DNA of 52,096 nucleotides from Elusimicrobiota bacterium (GCA_027319565.1 DAHVNA010000011.1:1-52096), one strand, 5' to 3'; positions 27,501 to 37,237 are shown, counted from the first letter of the stretch. Numbers and translations are program-made. Notes: a model not told the origin generated them from the letters alone.

Positions 27501-29749
27501 ATTCCGCAAATCTCTGGACTCAGACTAATTCATCCATCACCGTCACACTTCCCGCCACCAATTCCGGGCTTCCCTACGGCTGGTACCAACTTCGCGAGGG
27601 AGCCAATGCCCAATACTCTTCGGCGATTTTAGTTCACGCCGGTCCTCCGCTCCCAACAAGTCCCACGGGAATACCGCAGCCGACCGTCCTTGGAATCTCT
27701 TCCGTCTCCTGGAGCTGGACCGCGGCTCCAGGAACCTTTGACGGTTATGATGTCTATCAAGCGACAACCGGAGTGTTTCTCTCAACCGATGCTCAAACCT
27801 CCTACATGGAAACTAATCTCGCCCCTAACACGACAGTTCAGCTTCTAGTCGCGCCCTATACTATTTCCGGAGACGGCCCGGGAGCGACCTCCGGCATTAC
27901 CTACACCTTGGCCGCCGTGCCCGATAACCTTGCCATTTCCTCTGATACTGGTTCAAGCTTGACCCTCACCTGGGACCCCAACGGCAATTCCCCGGGAACC
28001 GTTTATGAAATTTCTGAATCCACCGATGGTTTTGTCAATTCCTTTTCAACCCCGATTCCCAATTCACTGGACTATACCTCTACCCAGGCCGTCATTGAAC
28101 CATTACAAATGGAGACCACCTATTATTTCCGCGTTAGAGCTTTTAATTATAACGTTCTCCCATCGACCGGATTTAGCAATATCGTAACCACCACAACCGT
28201 CAACCAAGTCTTTAGTCTTTCCGGAACGCCCGGAAGCGCAACTTCTATTAACTGGAGCTGGACCAGCGCGGCTCTTCCCGCCGGAGGATATTTCGCGGTT
28301 TATAACGCCACGACTACCCCGCCCGCTTTAATTGGAACTACCTCCAACACCTCGTTTACCGATTCTGGTCTCGCCATAAACTCTCCGCGCTCTGTTGAAG
28401 TCGCCGCCGTCACCTCCTCAGGCCAAGGACCTTTCACTTCCAGCGCTACCGTTTACACCGATGCCGCGGCGCCGAGCTCGGTGACTCCTCCAATCACGGC
28501 GATTTCGACTTCGGGCTTTCTCGGACAATGGGCGACTAATGGAAATCCAAACTATACGCTCTATATTTGTAGCGTGACCGCCGTTAATTTATCGACTAAT
28601 GTCTTTACCAGCTTAACGACAACGCCCAGCAGTTTTTCTTACTGCGACGTCACGGGATTGCCTCTTCCGGGAACCTGGTTTCAAACCCAGGTGTTTGCCA
28701 TGAACGGAGACGGAGTCCTCAGCAATCCTCTAATGCTAGGGACCTCCGAAGAAACTCTCGCCGCGCCTCCACAAGACCTGGCGGTGACCGGAACCACTGC
28801 AGGATCCATTTCCATCTCCTGGAGTACGATGACTAATTCGTCACTAGACACCTATCAAATTACTTACTCAACCGATGATTTTACCACCATGGTCAGCACC
28901 GCCTTGCCTTTTTCCGCGAACTCCAATCAAAGCACCTACACTATTACCGGTCTCATCGGTGGATACACCTACTATATCCGCGGACAAGCGCAAAATCAAA
29001 ATGGAGTTTTGAGCGCTTTTTCAAATATCGCCAGCACCCTCACCTTTAACAATGGGGCTCCTCCGGGAACATCGGGAATCTATGTTATCGCCAGCTCTCA
29101 AACCTATCAGAGTTTCACTCTCTCTAACGGAGAGACTGGGAGTATTCTCATCCAACCCCATTCATTCTCTCAAAACGTCATTTTGGTCATCGCCCCGATT
29201 TCGACCTCGCCGCCGCTTTGCCCGGGGACCGGTTCTCAGATCGGACTTTCGGTCACGGCCAGCCCGGCTATTGAGCCAACGACCCCTCTAACCTTGACCC
29301 TTTCTTATACTCCAGCAGAAGTCACCGGCCTCAACCTCAATACCGCCTCTCTCTTGCGGGTCACGGGAACTAATACCTGTATTCCGGTCGAGACGACCAT
29401 CAACCAGCCAGCTGAGCAATTTACGGCGACTCTCAATCATATATCTCAATTTGAATTGGGAGAAGTCGCGGCCGGAACCAGCGTTAACTCCGTTTTGATT
29501 TATCCCAATCCGCTTTATCCCTCGCGCGGAAATGGATACGTCACGTTCCAGAATCTCCCGGCGGGAGCCCGGGTTCGAATCTACACGGTCATGGGATCAA
29601 TGGTCTTCGAGGGAACTGCTGACGACTCCGGGCTTTTCCACTGGCCTGGAACCAACCGCGGCGGACGCTTGGTCGCCAGCGGGGTTTATCTTGTTTACGT
29701 CACCTATCAAGGGAAAAACGATATTTATAAAGTAGCCGTTGAAAGATAG
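24560..29749 (+). CDS. Large secreted Kelch-repeat / fibronectin type III protein with T9SS type A-like (FlgD-Ig) C-terminal domain
   Basis: Signal peptide. Many HTATLLxNGxVLVAGG...E.YNP.T..W Kelch blades, FN3 repeats (LTWDPNGN...YYFRVRAFN). C-terminal IYPNP...VRIYTVMG...W.G.N..GRLVASGVYL...KVAVER. Confidence 0.88.
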   Translation: MPKRLKIFWGGASLLFWLLIPNISHAQAVFGESSSLLPDGSILVVGGETTTSPPTTVRAQLINPNGTVTSASTSGLVALSSHTATVLPNGLVLVAGGINSGGVLNTTEIYNPTTNAWVGGPPLSVPRFGHTATLLNNGNVLICGGYKDLTGVAQNSCDIYTPDMSGSFGAGTIAAGPAMSTARAFHSASLLSNGSVLMAGGISGGNSIDTTEVYNPATNSFTGGPALPLRTAFHTATVMGNGQVLIAGGKNPGNFILNDPITGLPISGLNQSTNTVQIYDSATGFSVGSPMNENREKFAADLDANGNVNVAGGLGTIPPANDSYPSLSVTGSISYSGTSFTDQTFTLANTTPVTLKLSVPTAGIVVGGFVYIPASEIVFTSVTINVNAFEAPINGQGTCVYTTGDTPPWTCGEIQISSLPPLSGSITCTRSPCSSPINLSPNGTPSSISEDPPGNLPAQVIISSMVFADVETYNPQTNSWTLQTAALAGSSALSINPAFAPYAPYNLSRFAETSLLSPMDTNEVVGGASWNQTSAAYVPQPGIAGGVGAIAAIESFSTPAAGPSLPGPRAYQTATTLPNGTILIAGGQDSSTDTLNTSLIFDPNALTFSTTSPLNVTRAKQTATLLPNGNVLVTGGFNFSTGTLSSCEVYNSTGNAWTVTGSMNYARQYHTETILPNGNVLVVGGVENGSNYLNTAEIYYSTSATWALTASLPYPVAQHTATLLQDGTVLVLGGQNSGGPLPNAEIYNPQTQQWSAAAAMPAALWGHTATLLSDGNVLVAGGDNGTGEQKYSYIYNPASNSWSGTGNLLNPRFDHNAVLLPNGAVLVSGGFTTTGTVSPLEVYDPYAGGWAVAGGITARAGHTTNISLSGVVFDMGGLSAQTGGSYLTSTNSHFFTATPDLDTVGYPPSLRQPVVNAINLPVLLPGANVTVTGSNFHDLTEASGGGASSANSDQDKPRMVLSATDNGTSFMVDLTTAIYANSANLWTQTNSSITVTLPATNSGLPYGWYQLREGANAQYSSAILVHAGPPLPTSPTGIPQPTVLGISSVSWSWTAAPGTFDGYDVYQATTGVFLSTDAQTSYMETNLAPNTTVQLLVAPYTISGDGPGATSGITYTLAAVPDNLAISSDTGSSLTLTWDPNGNSPGTVYEISESTDGFVNSFSTPIPNSLDYTSTQAVIEPLQMETTYYFRVRAFNYNVLPSTGFSNIVTTTTVNQVFSLSGTPGSATSINWSWTSAALPAGGYFAVYNATTTPPALIGTTSNTSFTDSGLAINSPRSVEVAAVTSSGQGPFTSSATVYTDAAAPSSVTPPITAISTSGFLGQWATNGNPNYTLYICSVTAVNLSTNVFTSLTTTPSSFSYCDVTGLPLPGTWFQTQVFAMNGDGVLSNPLMLGTSEETLAAPPQDLAVTGTTAGSISISWSTMTNSSLDTYQITYSTDDFTTMVSTALPFSANSNQSTYTITGLIGGYTYYIRGQAQNQNGVLSAFSNIASTLTFNNGAPPGTSGIYVIASSQTYQSFTLSNGETGSILIQPHSFSQNVILVIAPISTSPPLCPGTGSQIGLSVTASPAIEPTTPLTLTLSYTPAEVTGLNLNTASLLRVTGTNTCIPVETTINQPAEQFTATLNHISQFELGEVAAGTSVNSVLIYPNPLYPSRGNGYVTFQNLPAGARVRIYTVMGSMVFEGTADDSGLFHWPGTNRGGRLVASGVYLVYVTYQGKNDIYKVAVER

Positions 29750-29760
29750 CGGCAAAAAAT

Positions 29761-29925
29761 AAAAGCGACAAAAAGAAAATGAAAGTCACGAAAAGTGGCG
29801 GAAAGTCGCGAAAGACAATGAGAGTCACGGAAAGTCGCGGAAAGCGAAAGAAAGCGACGGAAAGGTTTTTCCGTTTCCCTCTGTTTCTTTCCGTCACTCT
29901 CTGTTTCTCGCTTTTACTTTCCGCT
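29761..29925. repeat. Decamer tandem repeat array with imperfect inverted arms (copy A)
   Basis: About 10 purine-rich units of the type AAAGTCRCGG, then about 4-5 pyrimidine-rich units of the type TTTCCGTCAC/TTTC. Confidence 0.8.
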
Positions 29926-30858
29926 CACTCTACCGATTTTACGACTAACGCCATTGGAACGGCGGGAGACCAATTTCTACTTGAGCCCATTGGCGCGCGC
30001 GGCATCGCCATGGGAGGCGCCTACACCGCGGTCACCGATGACGCGACTTCCTTATATTGGAACCCCGCCGGGCTTTCCCGAGTTTCAGATATGTCCGGCT
30101 CTCTGATGTATACGCCCTATTTAGCCGGAATCAACTATCAAGCCGCTGAAGTCGCCAAAAGAGTCTCGGACACCGATGTTCTCGCCGTCGGATTTCGTTC
30201 GCAAAGCTACGGTTCCATCGCTCAAACCGACATCAATGGAAATTCGCTCGGAACTTTTTCTCCTCAGGATTATGTCGCCGAGGTCGGATGGGGGGCGAGC
30301 ATTCCGGATCTCTCCGACAACAATATCGCGACTTCCATGGGAGTTTCGGGGCGCTGGATTCATTCCACCATCGTCCAATCGGCGGACTCTTACGGAGGAG
30401 ACTTTGGCGTTCAAACCCGCATCTACCATGGAGACAGCTATTACGACATGGGAATTACCGCTCAAAATATCGGCCAAGGCCCGAAATTCGACGCCGTTCA
30501 AACCGTCCAACCTTTTCAGCTCAAGGTGGGGGGAGCGATGTATCCCTGGAAAGGAGTGACTCTTTCCTTGGACATGATAGCGCCTGAACAAAATATCGTC
30601 TACGGAGCCGCCGGAGTTGAATATGCAATTCCCATAGATCAGACGATCAAGGTCGCCTTGCGGGGCGGAATCAATACGATGAATATCGAAAGTTCCGACC
30701 TCGGCCCGGTCTCGATGTTTTCCGGCGGCGTTGGATTTTCCGCCGGAGACGTCTCTTTTGACTACGCCTTTGTCCCCATGGCTTTCCTCGGAAACGTCAG
30801 TTATCTCTCTTTAAATTTCAATCTCCCCAGTAAATCCAAAAGCCCGATACAGCCCTAA
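29779..30858 (+). CDS. PorV/PorQ-family outer-membrane beta-barrel protein
   Basis: FLLEPIGARGIAMGGAYTAVTDDATSLYWNPAGL, YGAAGVEY, ALRGG, GVGF..SFDYAFVP. The start could instead be ATG 29818. Confidence 0.88.
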   Translation: MKVTKSGGKSRKTMRVTESRGKRKKATERFFRFPLFLSVTLCFSLLLSAHSTDFTTNAIGTAGDQFLLEPIGARGIAMGGAYTAVTDDATSLYWNPAGLSRVSDMSGSLMYTPYLAGINYQAAEVAKRVSDTDVLAVGFRSQSYGSIAQTDINGNSLGTFSPQDYVAEVGWGASIPDLSDNNIATSMGVSGRWIHSTIVQSADSYGGDFGVQTRIYHGDSYYDMGITAQNIGQGPKFDAVQTVQPFQLKVGGAMYPWKGVTLSLDMIAPEQNIVYGAAGVEYAIPIDQTIKVALRGGINTMNIESSDLGPVSMFSGGVGFSAGDVSFDYAFVPMAFLGNVSYLSLNFNLPSKSKSPIQP

Positions 30859-30937
30859 AAAGTCTTTTTGCATTGCGGTAGGCAAATTCAATTTGTTTTA
30901 ATCGAGATATGGCGTATTTATTCTCTCAGGAGACTCC

Positions 30938-31609
30938 TTGATGAAATATTTTTTTCTCTTTGTCCTTTTTATTGTCGCGGGATACTTCGCTTTTCAAGAA
31001 TTAAAGCCCAAACCTGTTCCACCACCGCCGCCACCGCCGCCTATTCTAAGTCAAATAAGTACTATTCGGCCCCTTTTAAGTCCCGAAGACGAGCAAAGAA
31101 TCGCCAAAGCTACCGATGACACCAATGACAAAGTTCGTTGGCAAGCGCTCAAACTCCTGGCCAACGGAAAATCATCCTTGGCCCTGCCTCTCCTTTTTAA
31201 ACATCTAGAACATGATGCCTCTGTTCCCCTCAGAGTGAAGATTCTAGGGCTTTTGTCTCAATACAAAGGAAATGCGGATGTCCTCACCCATGTCACCGCC
31301 GCACTGACCGATTACAATCCGGACATCCGCCTAGCCGCTCTTAAAGCTTTAGATCAGATGAACGCTTATTCCGCGGCCACCGACATCACCGCGCTGCTTA
31401 AAGATTCCGAAGGCCCCGTGCGCCAAGAAGCGCTCAACGTTCTCAACGATTTGCAAAAGAAAAGACAGAAAGAAATAGACGCCGCATGCGCCGAGTGGAA
31501 AAAAGAGATGCAAGAAAGACAAGCCCAAGCCGCTCAGAACGGAAACCCTCTCGCAGCGCCGCCGCCCGCTCCGGAAGAATGCGCCGCGCCTAAACTCAAC
31601 CCCTGGTAA
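30938..31609 (+). CDS. Membrane-anchored HEAT-repeat protein
   Basis: N-terminal TM, poly-Pro, repeats DTNDKVRWQAL, DYNPDIRLAAL, DSEGPVRQEAL. ATG at 30941 after AGGAG is the likely start. Confidence 0.8.
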   Translation: MMKYFFLFVLFIVAGYFAFQELKPKPVPPPPPPPPILSQISTIRPLLSPEDEQRIAKATDDTNDKVRWQALKLLANGKSSLALPLLFKHLEHDASVPLRVKILGLLSQYKGNADVLTHVTAALTDYNPDIRLAALKALDQMNAYSAATDITALLKDSEGPVRQEALNVLNDLQKKRQKEIDAACAEWKKEMQERQAQAAQNGNPLAAPPPAPEECAAPKLNPW

Positions 31610-31621
31610 GGAGAAAATGAT

Positions 31622-32611
31622 ATGGAATTAGGAATTAAAGAGATTAACAAAAGGGTTTCGGAAGAAAGTCTATTCGTCGCCGAGCTCAAAAGAGAAGCCG
31701 GACGCGTCATTGTCGGACAAGAAGACATCATTGACCGCATATTGATTGGCATCATCGCCGGCGGACATATCCTTCTTGAAGGAGTTCCCGGACTCGCGAA
31801 AACATTGACCATTAAAACTCTTTCTCAATGTTTGAAGGCTGATTTTTCCCGCATTCAGTTTACGCCGGATCTCTTGCCCGCCGATCTCACCGGGACCTTG
31901 GTGTTTAATCCCAAGGATTCGGATTTTACGGTCAAGAAAGGCCCTCTGTTTGCCAATCTCGTTCTGGCTGACGAAATCAACCGCGCTCCCGCCAAGGTTC
32001 AAAGCGCTCTTCTCGAAGCGATGCAGGAAAAAAGCATAACCATTGGAACGACCACCTACCCCTTGCCGGAGCTTTTCCTAGTCTTGGCCACTCAAAACCC
32101 CATCGAGCAAGAGGGAACCTATCCACTGCCCGAAGCCCAAGTCGACCGCTTCATGCTAAAAATCAAGGTCTCCTATCCCAGCAAGTTAGAAGAGAAAACG
32201 ATCTTAGAGAGGATGTCTTCCGATTTAACTCCGACGCCTAAAGTCGTCGTGACCCCGCAACAAATATTGCAAGCGCGAAAAGTCGCATCCGAAATCTACA
32301 TGGATGAAAAAATCAAGGCCTATATCGTGGATTTAGTCTATGCGACTAGAACTCCCGGAGACTACAAAATGGTAAAGGAAAAATCTCTTATTTCCTACGG
32401 CGCAAGCCCTCGCGCGACCATTGCCTTGGCCAAGGCGGCCAAAGCCTACGCATTTTTAAATGGACGCGGATATGTCACTCCGGAAGACGTGAAAACCGTT
32501 GGGACAGACGTTTTGCGCCACCGCGTCCTTCTCAGTTATGAAGCGGAAGCGCAGAATATCACTTCCGAAGACATTCTTCGCTCTCTTTTTGAAGCGGTCG
32601 AGGTCCCTTAA
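31622..32611 (+). CDS. moxR: MoxR-family AAA+ ATPase
   Basis: LEGVPGLAKT, RIQFTPDLLPAD, LADEINRAPAKVQSALLEAMQE, ATQNPIEQEGTYPLPEAQVDRF, GASPRA. Confidence 0.96.
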   Translation: MELGIKEINKRVSEESLFVAELKREAGRVIVGQEDIIDRILIGIIAGGHILLEGVPGLAKTLTIKTLSQCLKADFSRIQFTPDLLPADLTGTLVFNPKDSDFTVKKGPLFANLVLADEINRAPAKVQSALLEAMQEKSITIGTTTYPLPELFLVLATQNPIEQEGTYPLPEAQVDRFMLKIKVSYPSKLEEKTILERMSSDLTPTPKVVVTPQQILQARKVASEIYMDEKIKAYIVDLVYATRTPGDYKMVKEKSLISYGASPRATIALAKAAKAYAFLNGRGYVTPEDVKTVGTDVLRHRVLLSYEAEAQNITSEDILRSLFEAVEVP

Positions 32612-32641
32612 GTTTTCCATAATGGGCTAAACCTTCTAACA

Positions 32642-33556
32642 ATGGCAGAAAGCAATTCAACTCTTGGTCTCTCCGGCGACATCTTATCGAAGGTTCGCCA
32701 TATCGAGATATTGACCGGACGCCTGGTCGCCGAGACTTTCGCGGGGGAATATTTAAGCGTTTTCAAAGGCCGGGGCATGGAGTTTGCCGAAGTCCGGGAG
32801 TATTCTCCCGGAGACGATATCCGCCTCATCGATAGAAACGTAACCGCGCGAATGAGAAAGCCCTATATCCGCCAGTATACCGAGGAAAGAGAACTCACCG
32901 TCGTCATCGCCTGCGACCTTTCTAAAAGCCAGTTTTTCGGTTCGACCGCGCTCAAAAAAGAAATCGCCGCGGAACTGGCGGCAGTGCTGGCTTTTTCCGC
33001 CCTGCAAAATAACGACAAAGTCGGACTGTTTTTATTTACGGAAGGAGTTGAAGAATTTGTTCCTCCCAAAAAGGGGAGAAAACATATCCTTCATCTGATT
33101 CGAGACGTTCTGGCTTATCAGCCCAAGAAAAGCGGAACCAGGCTTGACATCATCCTTGAAACCATCAGCCGAGTTTTGCGCCGCCATTGTATTGTCTTTC
33201 TCATTTCCGATTTTAGGACCGACGATTTTTCTTCTTTTGAACACGCCCTCAAACTCGGAAGCCTTAAGCATGATTTAATTCCGATTATTTTGACCGATCC
33301 CAAAGAAAAGGATCTGCCCTCATTTAACGCTTTGATGAATCTTCAAGATCCGGAGTCGGGGCAAGAGATGCTTTTTGACGCCTCCTCCAAACCAGCGGTT
33401 TTGGCCCATCAAAAAGAAGAGGAGAAAAGAATCCTTCAGCTTCAAAAATTATTTCAGCTCTCCGGCATCGACTCGATTCAAATTGGAACAGATGCCTCTT
33501 ATATCGATCCTGTCGTTCAGTTTTTCCGCCGCAGAGCCAAGAAAATTTCCCGATGA
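32642..33556 (+). CDS. DUF58 family (vWA-like) protein
   Basis: SVFKGRGMEFAEVREYSPGDDIRLID.NVTAR, EEREL, DKVGL, FLISDF. Follows moxR. Confidence 0.93.
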   Translation: MAESNSTLGLSGDILSKVRHIEILTGRLVAETFAGEYLSVFKGRGMEFAEVREYSPGDDIRLIDRNVTARMRKPYIRQYTEERELTVVIACDLSKSQFFGSTALKKEIAAELAAVLAFSALQNNDKVGLFLFTEGVEEFVPPKKGRKHILHLIRDVLAYQPKKSGTRLDIILETISRVLRRHCIVFLISDFRTDDFSSFEHALKLGSLKHDLIPIILTDPKEKDLPSFNALMNLQDPESGQEMLFDASSKPAVLAHQKEEEKRILQLQKLFQLSGIDSIQIGTDASYIDPVVQFFRRRAKKISR

Positions 33557-34479
33557 TGAAACTGAGAGCGGTCTTTGTTTGGGCGGCCTTCTTTGCGCTA
33601 TCCGGAACGGCCTTGGCTCAACAGGCCTCCTTCAACATTGAAGTCGCCTCCGGAACGCCGGTTCTGGCAACGCCCGTTGAACTTAAAGTCGCGGTCCAAA
33701 ATCCCCCGGGAGCGCATGTCTCTTTAGATCTAGCCGCCTCGACAACCGACACCTTTGCCATTGCCGGAATTCAAGAAATTTCGCAAAAAGGCACAAGCTC
33801 TTCCGGACAAAATTTCCTGCTAAAAATACTCCCGCTCAATGTCGGGCCCGTCCCCATCAAGCTCTTTTGGAAATTAGAAACGCCTTCGGGATCCAGCGAA
33901 ATACAAAGCCCGCCCTTGGTCTTAAACGTGGCGGATAAGCCGCTTAAGACTCTTAAGATTTACGACATCGCCTCTCCGATGAAGGCCTGGCCCCTCTTGT
34001 GGCCTTGGATACTAGCCGCAATTATTATCGCGCTCATCGCTTGGGCTTATTTTAAACGTAAAAAAGAGATTCTAACGATTTCCGAATCTCTTTCCATTGA
34101 CACGCGCCCGGCCCATGTCATCGCTCAAGAGGAAATAGAGAAGCTTAAAAGTTCAAAACTCTTTGAAGAAGCTCGTTATCAGGAATTTTATTTTGAACTC
34201 AGTGAAATTCTCAAGCGTTATTTCGAACGGCGTTTTTCAATGCCCGCGACAAAAATGACCACGGTCGAACTCTACCGCCATTTAAAGCAATCGGAAATCG
34301 AACCACAAATCCTGTCCCGGTTCAAAAATCTCTTCGATAGAGCCGATTTGGTTAAATTCGCCAAGGTCTCTCCCGAAAACAATTGGAATTCTTTGGATAT
34401 AGAAAGCTCCCTTTATCTCGTTGAAAGCACCAAGCCCAAAGAGCCTCTCCCTGTCCCCGGAGAAGGAGTCCCGCGATGA
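33553..34479 (+). CDS. Bat-operon membrane protein (DUF4381/BatD-like)
   Basis: Signal peptide, beta-rich domain, TM helix, then FYFELSEILKRYFE...MTTVE...ADLVKFAK, typical of the gene between DUF58 and batA. Confidence 0.8.
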   Translation: MMKLRAVFVWAAFFALSGTALAQQASFNIEVASGTPVLATPVELKVAVQNPPGAHVSLDLAASTTDTFAIAGIQEISQKGTSSSGQNFLLKILPLNVGPVPIKLFWKLETPSGSSEIQSPPLVLNVADKPLKTLKIYDIASPMKAWPLLWPWILAAIIIALIAWAYFKRKKEILTISESLSIDTRPAHVIAQEEIEKLKSSKLFEEARYQEFYFELSEILKRYFERRFSMPATKMTTVELYRHLKQSEIEPQILSRFKNLFDRADLVKFAKVSPENNWNSLDIESSLYLVESTKPKEPLPVPGEGVPR

Positions 34480-35465
34480 TTTTCGCTCATCCATGGGCTT
34501 TTGCCCTCTTGGCTTTGGTCTTATTGTCTCTCGCTATTGCCTATTATTTTCAAAGATGGAATCAGGTTTTGCCTTTCCCGGCCAACTCTCAATTTTGGAG
34601 ACAAGGGAAAAGCCTTAAAACCTTGGCGGGACAATGGGTTCCTTTGGCCGCTCGCGGCATCGCTCTTTTTCTGATTGTCTTTTCTCTCGCCCGCCCCCAA
34701 AAAATATCAAGCACGCTGAAGGGCTTTGGAGAAGGAATCGATATCATGCTGACCATTGACAGTTCTCTGAGCATGAGTTCTATCGACATTAAGCCCAGCC
34801 GCATAGAAGCCGCCAAACAAACCGCGATTGACTTTGTTTTAGGAAGAGTTCAAGACCGTATCGGACTTGTCACTTTCGGCGGCGCTCCCGAGCTTTTATG
34901 TCCCTTGACCCTAGACTATAGCGCTCTTATTTCTCAAATTAAAACCCTGGAGCCGGGAATCACTCAAACCGATGGAACCGCTATTGGAGATGGAATTGTC
35001 TCGGCCCTTAACCATCTTAAACAAAGTCACGCAAAAACTAAAATCATTATTCTCCTCACCGACGGCCGCTCTAACACTGGAGCTGTCGATCCGGTGACCG
35101 CGGCAAGGGCCGCGGCTTCCCTGGGAGTTAAAATCTATACCATCGGAACCGCTCGGCACGGGCCGGCCTTGATGCCGGTCCATGATCCCAACGGCGGGAC
35201 CGTCATGGTCCGGATGAATGACGATATCGACGATGAACTTTTAACTCAAATCGCGCAGCTTACCGGCGGACGATATTTCCGCGTCACCAATGCCGATAAA
35301 CTCAAAGAAGTCTATGACACGATAGGCAAACTCCAAAAGTCAAAGGTTAAAATTCCGCCGACTATCATGCGCACCGACCTCTACCGGATTCCGGTTTTGT
35401 TGGCCGTCCTTATTCTTCTGTCTGAAATTTTACTATCGAACACCTGGCTGTTGAGGTGGCCGTAA
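34476..35465 (+). CDS. batA: BatA, vWA domain protein
   Basis: FAHPW N-terminus, LARPQ, MIDAS DSSLSM, DRIGLVTF, GTAIGDG, LLTDG, GGRYF. Confidence 0.9.
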   Translation: MIFAHPWAFALLALVLLSLAIAYYFQRWNQVLPFPANSQFWRQGKSLKTLAGQWVPLAARGIALFLIVFSLARPQKISSTLKGFGEGIDIMLTIDSSLSMSSIDIKPSRIEAAKQTAIDFVLGRVQDRIGLVTFGGAPELLCPLTLDYSALISQIKTLEPGITQTDGTAIGDGIVSALNHLKQSHAKTKIIILLTDGRSNTGAVDPVTAARAAASLGVKIYTIGTARHGPALMPVHDPNGGTVMVRMNDDIDDELLTQIAQLTGGRYFRVTNADKLKEVYDTIGKLQKSKVKIPPTIMRTDLYRIPVLLAVLILLSEILLSNTWLLRWP

Positions 35466-37237
35466 TGTTTAGAAACCCTCTTTATCTCTTATGGTTAGTC
35501 CTTGCCGGAGGCCTTACCTGGATTCTCATCCGCCTGGGAAATTCAAAAAGAGAAAAGATTTCATCGAGCTTTGGAAACCTAGAGACCCTCTCTCGCCTTT
35601 TAAAACCGGAGACTATCCACCGAAGAAATATCAAAGCCTTTCTCCAGCTGGCGGTCATCGTTTTGCTGTTTCTGGCCTTAGCCGGCCCGCAATGGGGAAT
35701 TGAGCTTCGCGCTTCGAAAAGTTCTTCCCAAGTTGTCTTAATCGCCATAGACACTTCTCTCTCGATGCTGACCGAAGACGTTTCTCCCAGCCGCCTGGAA
35801 AAAGCGCGCAGCGAGTTGCAGCTGATTCTTTCGGGTTTAAAAGAAGAGGAAACTCCGGCCCGCATCGGCATACTTGTTTTTTCGGGGCAAGCGACATTGA
35901 TATGCCCGTTGACCACCGATTTAGGGGCGGTGTCTCAAACCCTGTCTGACATTCACGCCGATATGCTCCCAACTCCCGGAACCGCGATGGGAGACGCCAT
36001 TAATCTCGCGACCCAGACCTTGTCTCCTTATGCGGGAAACAAAAGCCTCATTCTCCTTTCGGATGGGGGAGATCATGGAACTCATCCGGGCGAAGCCGCC
36101 CAAGAAGCGGCGTCTCACGGAATACGAATTTTCACGTTAGGATTTGGAACGCCCGAAGGCGGCCCCATTCCTATCAAGGACGCTTCCGGAAACTTACTCC
36201 GCTACCAAAAAAATAAATCAGGGACGACCGTCATCACTCATTTAAGGCCGGAAATCCTTCAAAAAGTGGCGTCTAAATCGGGCGGAACTTATTGGCAGGC
36301 GAGCGCGACTCAAGACGAGATATCGGCTCTTTTAAAAGCGATCGAAGAAGGGCCTCAATCGAAAGGCGTCAAAGAGACGACCCACGTCTACAAAAATCAT
36401 TTTCTGATCCCGCTGAGTCTCTCTTTCCTTCTTCTACTCCTTGAGCTTTTGATCCCGGAAAAAATGGGCGCTTTGGAAAAAATATCGAAATCCGGAAAGA
36501 ATTTGTTTGAGAAAGCGAAATCAATAAAACCAATCAAAAAAGAACCCGCTCTATTGATTGGCTTGGCTCTTCTTCAATTGCCTCTCTTAAGCTCAAGTTC
36601 CAAAGCGGGAATGGAGTCGGATTTAAGAACGGGAAATGAACTTTACAACAACCAACAATATGCTCCCGCCCTTAACGATTATCTTTCCGCCATCAAAGCC
36701 TCTCCCAATGATCCACGGCCTATTTTTAACGCCGGGGACGCCTTCTATCGCTTGGGGAAATATGGCGATGCGGCGAAAGCTTTTACCGATGCGACCAAGA
36801 TACAAGGCTCTCCTCAAATGCTTAAATCGGCGGCCTATTATAATATTGGAAACAGCGCCTTTGAAAAATCGCAGTACGCGCAAGCGGCGGCGGCCTATAG
36901 AAATTCGCTTCTTCTCAACCCCAGCAATCCGGAAGCGGCCCACAATTTAGCGGTAGCTCTTCACTATCTCAAACATCCGCCTCCTCAGAAGAAAAATCAG
37001 AAAAAAAATAGTCCCAAAAATCAAAAAAATGGCGGTGGAAATCCACCCCCACCGCCGCCGCGTCCATCCTCATCGCAACAAAATCAGCAGCAACAGCAAA
37101 GCGGTCAGTCTCAAAACCAGCTTTCAAAAGACGACCTTCGCCGGATTTTAAGCTCGGTCACGGATAAAAAGCCGAACGCAAACCAGCAAATACAAAAAGG
37201 CAGCCCGTCCAAGGCTCCGGATGGAGAAGATTGGTGA
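35465..37237 (+). CDS. BatB-BatC fusion (vWA + TM + TPR)
   Basis: LAGPQWG, DTSLSM, LLSDG, then GNELY...FNAGDAFY...YYNIGNS...HNL, a Q-rich tail and terminal EDW. TAATG coupling to batA. Confidence 0.85.
   Translation: MFRNPLYLLWLVLAGGLTWILIRLGNSKREKISSSFGNLETLSRLLKPETIHRRNIKAFLQLAVIVLLFLALAGPQWGIELRASKSSSQVVLIAIDTSLSMLTEDVSPSRLEKARSELQLILSGLKEEETPARIGILVFSGQATLICPLTTDLGAVSQTLSDIHADMLPTPGTAMGDAINLATQTLSPYAGNKSLILLSDGGDHGTHPGEAAQEAASHGIRIFTLGFGTPEGGPIPIKDASGNLLRYQKNKSGTTVITHLRPEILQKVASKSGGTYWQASATQDEISALLKAIEEGPQSKGVKETTHVYKNHFLIPLSLSFLLLLLELLIPEKMGALEKISKSGKNLFEKAKSIKPIKKEPALLIGLALLQLPLLSSSSKAGMESDLRTGNELYNNQQYAPALNDYLSAIKASPNDPRPIFNAGDAFYRLGKYGDAAKAFTDATKIQGSPQMLKSAAYYNIGNSAFEKSQYAQAAAAYRNSLLLNPSNPEAAHNLAVALHYLKHPPPQKKNQKKNSPKNQKNGGGNPPPPPPRPSSSQQNQQQQQSGQSQNQLSKDDLRRILSSVTDKKPNANQQIQKGSPSKAPDGEDW

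Noticed and set aside
29761..29925. CRISPR array or DGR template/variable repeat
   Set aside because: Units are 10 nt, degenerate and have no unique spacers. No cas gene or reverse transcriptase is present in the window.
31015..31045. CCA/CCG repeat as a contingency locus
   Set aside because: It is an in-frame poly-proline linker with mixed codons.
30868..31119. 83-aa ORF overlapping the HEAT gene
   Set aside because: Alternative frame over a better-supported gene that has an SD and HEAT motifs.
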